Below, one piece after another: positions 1 through 8,583 of a DNA stretch of 64,000 bases. Numbering within the stretch: position 1 is the first letter of the stretch; each line of letters starts with the position of its first letter. The position numbers were made by a program, and so were the translations under genes. Location of the stretch: contig JAIVFI010000034.1 of NCBI GenBank assembly GCA_025558095.1, positions 310,001-374,000 on the forward strand. Direction: 5' to 3'. The stretch is from Hyaloraphidium curvatum SAG 235-1 (Eukaryota > Fungi > Monoblepharomycota). The notes below the pieces were generated by a model, which saw only the letters and a list, made by a program, of their open reading frames with translations, did not search any database and was not told the origin of the DNA.

Positions 1-520
1 GAGGAGGACGCGTGCCAGGTGCCCGGTCGCACCATTCCGAAGGTGGGGCAGGCTGCGCCTCAGCCCGCAACTCGTGGTCATGACACGCCACCTACACCTG
101 CTGCCTCAGGGTGCGCTCATCGTTCGGCACTTCAGCGGAAATCCCACGCGCGAGGGATGGCAAACGGTTGTGTCATTCCACTTGGAGTGCGTTCGGCCGA
201 GCTGGGTCAAGCGTTGGGAGCTGAAGGACGACATGCTGGATTCAGCTCTATCTGCCCAGGTGAGACCGGCTTTCTGCCTTGACGATTGCATCTGATGGCC
301 GAACTCTGCGCAGGACAAGGCCTACATCAAGGAGTGTTTCGACGTCGGCCAAAACGAGCGCTTCTGGGAGGCGAGGCGGGGCTCGCTGCATGAGGACCAG
401 TTGTTCGTAGCCCGCACCGTCTACGAGGCGCAGCAGCAGTCGCTGACGTCCCCTGCGGCGCGGAAGGCAGAGGCAAGGAGGAAGGCGGAGGCCGATCGGA
501 TCGCGGCCGAGGCCGAGTGA
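1..520 (+). CDS. 3' part of a protein with a PARP-type zinc finger (5' end outside window)
   Basis: Exons 1-42, 110-259, 314-520 joined at GT-AG introns give EEDACQVPGRTIPKGALIVRHFSGNP...SFHLECV...LSAQDKAYIKECF, matching the zf-PARP pattern C..I.KG.L...H..C...L...D...IK; stop TGA 518-520. Confidence 0.6.
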
Positions 521-1029
521 CGGTCGTGCCTCCTGCCTCGGAGGCGTCCTTGGTAGAGACGGCGACTCTTGAAGGTGCTTTTACACGATCCGTGATTCTT
601 TCTGAAAGGCACCGTCGATCCTCTTTTGTCCTCTTTGTTGGTTCGATCCCACTGATCTCCTGAAGCTGGCAGAGCATTGCTCCGCGTCTGGTCCCGCGGT
701 CCCGAAACGACACAACCCGGCGTTCGACCCGGCAGGCCTTCCGCTTTCCCCGCTGCGCCCTCCCAAAACGGCGCATCGCCTCGTACTTTGAGCGAGTCGC
801 GTGCCTGCTGGCCGGGCGCCCTCCTTTTCCGCGGCGGTGCGCCCGTTTCGCGACTCTTTGGTCGCGCGACCTCACACGCTTCCCGGGACCGCTCCGGCAG
901 GGCAAGGAGGTGCACGTCGCCGCAAACCCACTGTACCTTCTCTTCTATTGCCTCTTTTGCTCGCCGTTTGATCCAATCGCCTCCGGCAACGCAGTTCTCC
1001 AACGTTCCTCGCGCGACGTCGGACGCGAG

Positions 1030-1950
1030 ATGCCACTCCAGCGGAGGGCGGTTTCTTCCATCGTACCGAAATTCTTTAACCGTGGATCGTGGCTCACTGA
1101 CGATAACGAGTGTATCATCTGTGGTGGCGTCCTCCGGGACAAGGAGGATCGGGGTGAGGTCGAGGAGCATCTCAGGTCATCGTACCACGTCAGGCGCTAC
1201 GTCCAGGAAGTGGTACGTTCCTTTGTGCCGTATCTTTGTCCTTGATTGCTCATTGGGAATTTGCAGGACGTGCTGCTCCTCGGGACGGCGGCATCCGAGG
1301 CCCTGGATCTTCTTCAACGTGCCCATGACCGCGAGCAGGTCCGCTTCGGACTCGACAGCGGTGAGCTCCGGCACATGTCATGGCGTTGATTTTGCTGCTG
1401 ACCGCGGTGGTTTGCCTTTCCCAGTCCAGCGGTACCTCTGGGGGCACAAGCACCTGAACATTGCCGGGGAGGCCCAACCCGTGAGGCGCAGCCAGGGACC
1501 GGTGGAGTTCGTCCTCATCGCCATGGACGTCACCGGCAAGGCGACGAGATGCGTGGAAGCCATCAGCGCCCTGTGCAAGGCAAGGGTACGGCGCTCACCG
1601 TCTCCTATCGGCTTCCCTTCTAACCTGTCTTTCCGCCCCCATGTTTGTTTGTGGTACGTTCGTTGACATCTCTTCTACTCGCGCAGAACGTCCCAGTGGC
1701 AGCTGTCCGTTCCCAAGTGCTCCTCGGGGCGGCGTGCGGCTTCTCCAAGGGCACCACGTGTGCGCTGGTCAAGGGCGGCACCCACGTGGCCGATCGGCAA
1801 CGGATCAATGAACTGGTTCGGCGGATCCGCCTCATCCAGGAGGGAACCTTCGGGCCGGACGAGGATCCCGGAGACTCTCCGTCGTTCGTCGCTTTCGGGC
1901 CTGGTCCCGCTGGCAGACCGGCTTCAGCTGACGAGTCGGACGGCGGATAA
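1030..1950 (+). CDS. C2H2/U1-like zinc finger plus L7Ae/L30e/S12e/Gadd45-fold protein
   Basis: Exons 1030-1212, 1267-1360, 1425-1585, 1687-1950 splice in frame at GT-AG sites. CIIC...EEHLRSSYH finger, then ALDLLQRAHDREQVRFGLDSVQRYL...VEFVLIAMDV...ISALCKARNVPVAAVRSQVLLGAACG, aligning by eye with Snu13/L7Ae. Start codon uncertain. Confidence 0.7.
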
Positions 1951-2119
1951 CGGACATTTGAGGTTATGCTATCGAGTGTTGCTATCGGATGTGGTTATCA
2001 CATGTTATGTTTGTGGAAGACTGTATACTAGAACCATTACACTGCGTGCTCCGAGAACTCCGAACGCCACGATCTTCCCGATGCCCCAAGCAGTCGTTCG
2101 AAGGAATCCGTCGGCCTTG

Positions 2120-2854
2120 TCATCGAACGACCCATGTCGGCTCGATCCGGACGCCCTTCTCGATGACCCTCTGGAGGATTCGTACGATGTTGCGAGTGTC
2201 ATCTATCCCGCGGTGCGGCGTGCCTTCGAATCTCTCCCCCATTACTCGGAGCATGTCGGGGATCTTGAGCTTCCTGTAGTCACGGCGCTTGAAAGCCTGG
2301 CCGAACTTGACCTTGAGATCCGTCCACCTTTTCATGCACGGGGGAACAACGATCTTGTTGATCGAGCACGTGGTCGGAATGAACTTTTGAAGGTCTGTGT
2401 CGCCGTCCGTCACGAATAGCGTATCGGTTAGATCCGGCGTGGAGTCGAAGATTCGGAGCCAGCTGACGAACGCCCTGAACGCTTCCTCGAAAGACGGCGC
2501 TTCGTCGACCTGCTCTTGCGTGATGCCCACGAATCCGTTGCAAAAGGGAGACAGCTCCTTGTTCAAGACTGGCTTGGCGAAAGACGTGAACTCGGCGACG
2601 GGCAGGAGCGAGCGAGCGCAGACGACTATGGCCGCCATCTCGATGACCTCATTCGGGTACTCGGTGCCGCTGCCTTCCTCGCAGGTGCACTCGAGGTCCA
2701 TGACCACGAGCCACTCGGCCGAGTGCGCGTTCGGCAGTTCGCGCCGGCGAGCGAGGAGCGTCCGAACACGCGCGTCCTCGCGGGTCTCCTCGGCGCGAAT
2801 CCCGGTGCGCGGCACGGGAGCGGGTCCTTTGTCTCCTGCGCCATAGTTCTCCAT
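2120..2854 (-). CDS. ERI1/3'hExo-family DEDDh 3'-5' exonuclease, intronless
   Basis: VVMDLECTC (Exo I), NEVIEMAA, LSPFCNGFVGITQEQVDEAPSF, VTDGDTDL (Exo II), FEGTPHRGIDDTRNI (Exo III); all DEDDh residues present. Confidence 0.9.
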   Translation of the reverse strand: MENYGAGDKGPAPVPRTGIRAEETREDARVRTLLARRRELPNAHSAEWLVVMDLECTCEEGSGTEYPNEVIEMAAIVVCARSLLPVAEFTSFAKPVLNKELSPFCNGFVGITQEQVDEAPSFEEAFRAFVSWLRIFDSTPDLTDTLFVTDGDTDLQKFIPTTCSINKIVVPPCMKRWTDLKVKFGQAFKRRDYRKLKIPDMLRVMGERFEGTPHRGIDDTRNIVRILQRVIEKGVRIEPTWVVR

Positions 2855-2963
2855 TTGTTCCTGCCGGGCTGGGCGTTTTCCGTCTTTCGAAATGTGGATG
2901 TCGTGCGCTGGTGATTGCAACGCGTCGCGCTGCCACCTCATCGCTTCCTGCCGACCTCGCGCG

Positions 2964-4004
2964 ATGTCGCGTCCCTCCTCTACCGGCTCCAGGGACGAGG
3001 AGCTCGACCTCCTCGATGCTCAGCTCGCCGATTTGCAAGGCCTTGAAGCGGTCGCGCGCAAGTTCTCGGGAACCCGCGTGATGCCGCGGCCCCCTCCGCC
3101 TCCGCCTGCACCTTCTCGCGGCGGACGGGCGAAGCGCCCCGCCGGTCCTGGTGGACGCGGCAGCCGTGCAGGTGGACGCGGACGTGCCGTTCGGGTCGGC
3201 GGCGAAGCAGGTGGTGGGGAGGATGAGGAGGCGTTCGCCGGAGCTGCGCCGGCGCCTCGCGGGCACGGGCGCGGGAAGGGCCGCGGACGGAGCCGTGGAG
3301 GTCGGGGCAGCGGCCGGGCTGGGCGTCGCGGCCGGGGAGTTGGGCGAGGTGGCTCCGCCGCGGCCGATCGGTCCCCGGTCGAAGCGCCCGCGGCGGACTC
3401 GGACGCGGACCGCGTCTCGGACGCCGGTTCTGGATTCGTCGAGCTCGTGGACCTGCCGGAAGGAACGCTGACGGAGCCCGACGAGGACGACGTCGCCGCC
3501 TCCATTTTGGCGGGGATGGGGGCTCTCGGTGCAGGCTCAGTCGGCGTCAAGGACGAGCTCGCAAATTCGGACGGCGTGCCCTGCGTCGCGGGCGATCGCT
3601 GCAAGCGCAGCATCTCGCGAGGTGTCCCGGCTCGCGTGCCTCGATCGTCGACGGTGCAATGTGGCTTTTGCCGTGGAGCCGCCTGCAGCACGGGTTGCCT
3701 CATTCGCGTGCGGAACGAAGCGGGAATGATGGATTTCTACTGCCGCGGCTGCCATGCCAACTTCGGTAGGTCTGACTGCATTGCATTACCGTTTCCTGCT
3801 GCTGACTCAACCACAGGTCCACCTGAACGTCGAGGCATGGCCGGGCGGAAGCGCTCACACCTCGTCGACGACGCTGGAGGCACCACGGCTTCCGGATCTA
3901 CCCAGAAAAGGAGGAAGCTTGCGAAAGGCGCGAGCGGCGAAGGAGGTGCCGACGAGATCTCGTCGGAGCAGACAGTCGCGCAGTCTGATTCAGAGATGGA
4001 TTAA
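2964..4004 (+). CDS. RG-rich protein with PHD-like Cys8 zinc finger and basic NLS
   Basis: RGG/GRG repeats; C-x5-C-x19-CGFC-x4-C-x3-C-x14-CRGC preceded by DFY; QKRRKL. Probable in-frame 51-nt intron 3766-3816. Confidence 0.55.
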   Translation: MSRPSSTGSRDEELDLLDAQLADLQGLEAVARKFSGTRVMPRPPPPPPAPSRGGRAKRPAGPGGRGSRAGGRGRAVRVGGEAGGGEDEEAFAGAAPAPRGHGRGKGRGRSRGGRGSGRAGRRGRGVGRGGSAAADRSPVEAPAADSDADRVSDAGSGFVELVDLPEGTLTEPDEDDVAASILAGMGALGAGSVGVKDELANSDGVPCVAGDRCKRSISRGVPARVPRSSTVQCGFCRGAACSTGCLIRVRNEAGMMDFYCRGCHANFGRSDCIALPFPAADSTTGPPERRGMAGRKRSHLVDDAGGTTASGSTQKRRKLAKGASGEGGADEISSEQTVAQSDSEMD

Positions 4005-4243
4005 GGCATAGAGGAGAAGATCATGATGTCAGTTCATCCGTACACTGTAGAGCCTTGGAGACAGCACATGCACTGCACGTCCTTGTCATGGTGCGGCATT
4101 GCAATAGATTTGAACTTTGACCGATGGTGGAGGTGGAGCTGCGCTGCTCGTCGCTGTCGCTCGCTTCCTTCGCTACTCCCCACGCTCGCTTCCTTCCCGT
4201 ACGCGTCGCTTTTGCCCCGAAACATCCTCTGCGCTGCTCTACA

Positions 4244-5289
4244 ATGCCTGCTTCTGCTCTCTTCGTCGGCGTGCCGCCGCGGGACCAGCTCGTGGACCCG
4301 GCCACGGTCCCCTTCTACCGAGGAATGTTTGAACATTATGCGATGGCCCGCGTGCCTACTGCCGGGGCGGATCGCGGCTCGCTGCTGCAACTGGCGCGGC
4401 ACGCGGGAGAATTGGGCGGATGGGCTGGCGAGCCCGCGGTGGACTACTACGTCGTCTCGGAGCAGCTCATCCGCGACGAAGAGCGGCTCGACCTCCTCCG
4501 TCTTCCCAAGGCCTTTCGATGTCTGGAGAATCTCGAGCGCTCTCGCAGGCAGCGGTACGAGCTTGGTGATCGGAGGGTGCTCCAGGCGGAGAAGGACCGC
4601 CTCGCTGCAGCGGCGGAGGCCGCTATCGACGGCGACCCCGTGATTCTGCAAGCGATCGATTTCCGCGACGCGGTGGCGGCCACGGATGAGATGCACGCCA
4701 AGCTGGAGAGGCAGTGCGAGTTCGTGCTCTTGGTCAGCGCAAAGCTCGTAGGTTGCCCGGCCGCGGATACCACCGTTCCTCATTCGCCAACTTCAAACAG
4801 GTCATTGAGATTGCAATGCGCCGCGGCAAGAGCCCGGAACAGGCCGGTGCCATCGTCAACGCCCTTTATCCTGCTCCAGGGGGAGCCGTGCCAACCCATA
4901 GTCCCTTCGAACTGCGGCATTATGGCTACGACTGTCGGGCGTACCTTACGGAATTGATTGGAATGCTTGACCGCGCCCTCCGCAGCGCGAGCGCCGAGCA
5001 GGGATCCGAGCTGTGGGTCTGGTTTCGGACTCGGCATTGCTGGTTTGCCAACGCCATCCATCGCAGGACCCCGGACCAGGTCGCTGGTGTGGTCTCGCAG
5101 TACACCGACCCGACCCGAACCTGGTCCTACGCCTGCGCCAAGATCACCAAATACCTGACGTCCTTCTGTGATTTCTTTTGGGGACACGTCGGACCGTTGC
5201 TCGAGCGTTCCGGTGGTGCTGGGTACCGGGACGAGCTGCGCAGGGCTGCCGAGCAGCAGGCCGGCGAAGTGGAACTCGCGGAAGGGTAG
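4244..5289 (+). CDS. Hypothetical protein (2 exons)
   Basis: ORFs 4124-4957 and 4714-5289 join in frame via GT-AG intron 4733-4800; coding-like composition; no family recognised. Confidence 0.55.
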
Positions 5290-5530
5290 TGGCTGCGGTC
5301 GATCGAGGACCGGTTCCGGAATGTGGAGGTCTGTCTGCTTGACCGTGCGATGCGTCGGAGATGGGTGATTGGGCTCGGTCCCGAACCAGAAACTGTGAAT
5401 AGGAAAAGGCGTTTCGGAGTGCTTGAAAGGAGGAGCGAATCCTGGCTTGGGGACGAAGTCGAAAATGGCGTCCTGCTCCCGGGCGTCATGCAACCTTCGG
5501 TGCGAGTCCTGTGCCGAACAAAGTCGCTAA

Positions 5531-5637
5531 TTAACCCTTAGTCCCCTTGCGTCCCGCATTCTGACCGCTCTGGGCCTGCGCACCGCTCTGGGCCCGCATC
5601 GCCCCGCGCCTCGCGCGTTAGAGGGCGGGCTTAAGCC
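5531..5637 (+). repeat. TTAA-CCCT motif with 13-bp direct repeats; candidate transposon end or promoter element
   Basis: TTAA 5531-5534 followed by CCCTTAG; ACCGCTCTGGGCC at 5564-5576 and 5582-5594; second TTAA at 5631-5634 inside palindrome GGCTTAAGCC. Confidence 0.4.
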
Positions 5638-5713
5638 GGGCGGCCGGCGCGGTCGGCGGCGGAGCGCGGCAGCCGGGAGGAGCGCGTCGCACTCGCTGAG
5701 CGGCGTTCCCAAA

Positions 5714-8583
5714 ATGCCCGGCGGCTCTGTCGAGCACACTTCACACTCATCTCGCGGTATCCGTTCCTCCAGCATCCTGCAGCAGCTGCTGCTCCGCGCG
5801 TTGCAGAAGGCACCGTTCCCCGACAAGGCGGATCTGGAGGACCCCACCCTGACCTGGGAAGCACGGGAGGGCATGGTCAACCACCGCGACTATCGCTTTA
5901 CGTGGCCGAAGATAGCAAACTCGGACGCAAAGATCGCGAACGCCCTGACTGTTTTCATTCGGGCATGCGCGCTGGCAAACCCGCCGCTGCCGGCAGCCCA
6001 GCCCGAGGATGATGAGGGGCCTCAGGAGGACAGCGAGGAGCATGCCAAGCGCTTTTGGGACGAAGTCGCGTCGAAGCAGCTGAAGCGGGGCAAGGCGGTC
6101 CGCCCCGTGCCCATCCGGACCAAGGTCGTAGACTCACCGGTCAAGCTCTCCGCGCGCAACCTGGAGCACCTGATCATAAGGCCTCTGTCTCGCGAGCGTG
6201 GGGGTCTGGTGCAAGGTGTGCCGTCGAGAGATATCGTCGACTTCCGGGAGCACCTGTACAAGCGTACGGAATCGGATCTTCTGGAGGGCGACTCGCAGGA
6301 GCCCGACGTGGAGCAAACGGAGGCCGATGACCTCGTGCCGACCGGCACCATGACCTCGTGCGAGTTCTTCTCCAACCTCATGGCCATGCGATTCTTCGTG
6401 CCGAATTCTCAGATCGTCGAGGTCGAGATCGGCGAGGGCAGGACGGTGCGCAAGCGTATCCTGGTGCGGCAGCGCGGGCGCTGGTACCTCGTCCTCGCCT
6501 TCAACATGTCTACCGACGGCTTCGTCATGTACCTGCACCTGTGGCTGTCTGCTTGGCACGATCCGGAGCATCGCTTCCGGCTGGTGATCCCCGGGAACCC
6601 TCCGATCACGCCCGAGAGCCGAGGACATCTTCTCCGAGTTCGTGTCCTCGAAAAAACGAGCTCAAGTTCACCCCAAAGGGCCACATCTTCCCCTCTCCGG
6701 AACTCGCGCTGGCCAGCGGCGGTGGCGGCTCGATCGGCAACATGGGCGCGGTGGTGATCAGGCCCGAGGATGCCAAGCTCCGCGGCAGCACGATGAACGA
6801 CGCCGACCGCACGCCCATTGAGGGTCCATTCCGGGACACGGTGGGCGTGGACATTGGCGGCCACCACGCCGCGGAGATCCGCTACCGTCCAGTCGAGATG
6901 GAGCGAAGCGTCGCCCTCAAGATCTCGCTGAAGTTCATCGAGGAATGCGATGCCGGCGAGGAGGATCTGGTGCTGTTCCAGCTGCTCATGGCGGCGTTCA
7001 ACGAGGCGGCGGACCTCATGGGCGTCCCGCGGGCGGACAGCTACGAGCGCGAGGTGGAGCTGGCCGGGATGGGGCTGCTGCTGCTGTCAGAGGACTTCCA
7101 CAAGCTCGAAGTCGCCCGAGAAGTGCGCAAGCGCATCCGGGCGCTGCACCGCCAATCCGGTGCATACATCTCCAACCGTCAGCTCGCAGAGTTCAGCGGC
7201 CGCGCGCGCTACGATCGCTTCAACGCCATCCTGCTCGCCTCGGTCCCGGACCAACGCCGGCCCGGCCTGACTCTGCAGCAGATCCTGGATGCATTCAAGA
7301 GCACGACGCGCCGGCTCTTCCCGAAGCAGGCTGGTGCGGCGCCGTCCCTGTTTCATGGCGAGCTCTCGGAGCTGGACGTTGCCCACCAAGCCTACAACTC
7401 GCGGGAGGCGAAGAAGGCCAAGTTCGACCTGATGCGAACGATCGACCGTAACAAGCAGAAGGAGGCGCGCCTCTGGGAAGGTTCCACGTTCGTCGAGACG
7501 GATATGGTCGATCGGGACTATAAGCTCGCGTACAACCAGACGCAACTCCGGCAGTACCGCCACGGGGTGCTGCACCCGAAACCGCACATGCGCTTCACGG
7601 ACTCCCAGCCCGCCCGCGAGCCGCGCCGGGCCCTCGAGCTTGCCATGTTCCGCCCGAGCGAGCCGGACCGCCGGAAGCCCAACGTGCGCCAGCACACTGA
7701 CCCGTACTTTGGCGACATCTTGTCGGAGCCCGGGCCCAAGGAGGTCCTCTACCAGCCTCTCCACAACAACCCCAACGGGCCCGCGCTGGCCAAGATCGTC
7801 TACGTGGGCAAGGCAGGGTATCCACATCCTGGCGGGTACCTGTCGGTTGACCAGGCAGAGGTGGCTCACATTGTGGCTACGCACGGTCACCTGACGCTCA
7901 GGACGGACGAGAGGGGGACAAGTTCGCTGGACACGAGCTTCCACCGCCCCAACGCGTCCTACCTCGACATCAACCACCCGGACTCGCACACCTTCAACAG
8001 CATCACGCGCGAGTCCCACGAAGAGAACGCGCTGTCGAAGCTGCGTTTCAGCGAGACCACCTGCGGCCACGAAGGCACCAAGTTCCGGCGGCGGCACGAT
8101 CCCGGCGGGAACCGGCTCCTCCCGTACTGCATCACGCAGACCGGTGACGCCTTCCGGCGCTTCAAGTCGTACCGGTACGATGCAGAGGGGCTCCTGCTCG
8201 CCGGTGAGCACGTCGCCGGCTGCCCGAGGCGCGCGGCGAACGGGTTTGGACCCGTGCGTGCTACGCAACGCCTCCTTGCCGGGCATCGCCAGCGGCCCAA
8301 CGACCCGCCCGGCGTGCTGCAGAGGCACCTGGACCCGATCGGCTCGTGCTGCCGCCGCATCATGCAGCGCACCAAGCAGATCGAGGCGCTGCCGGAGGAG
8401 GAGCGGGAGCACAAGGAGGTCTATGCCGACGACGAGCAGCGGAGACACGCGGTGCACGGCCGAGACGCGATCGGGGCGAACGACAACGGGTTCGTGGGCG
8501 ATTCGTACCTCAGGTACGAGGGCCAGCGCCACGAGTTCAACATCCGGCCGGGTTACGTCTTCGATCCGCCGGCATTTCCGTGA
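5714..8583 (+). CDS. Large Fanzor-like (eukaryotic TnpB-family) RuvC nuclease, ~956 aa, with a 1-nt frameshift at 6650-6657
   Basis: ORFs 5714-6757 and 6358-8583 join at GAAAAAAC. RuvC-I DTVGVDIGG (Asp 6850-6852); IVYVG with Gly at the canonical Glu position (7807-7809); alternative Glu in TDERGTSS (7909-7911, cf. Fanzor vdE..TS); RuvC-III HGRDAIGANDN (Asp 8464-8466, cf. RD.NAA.N). No introns. Confidence 0.72.

Noticed and set aside
421-1170. 249-aa minus-strand ORF
   Set aside because: It overlaps antisense to the spliced zf-PARP and C2H2-L7Ae exons and has no recognisable motifs.
5531-5541. TAACCC as a telomeric repeat
   Set aside because: Single unit, no array.
7087-8532. 481-aa minus-strand ORF
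   Set aside because: Antisense shadow of the GC3-biased Fanzor-like frame.
8581-8583. In-frame TGA as selenocysteine, with the L7Ae protein as SBP2
   Set aside because: No AUGA/GA SECIS core seen downstream, no redox motif around the codon, and the L7Ae protein lacks SBP2 signatures.
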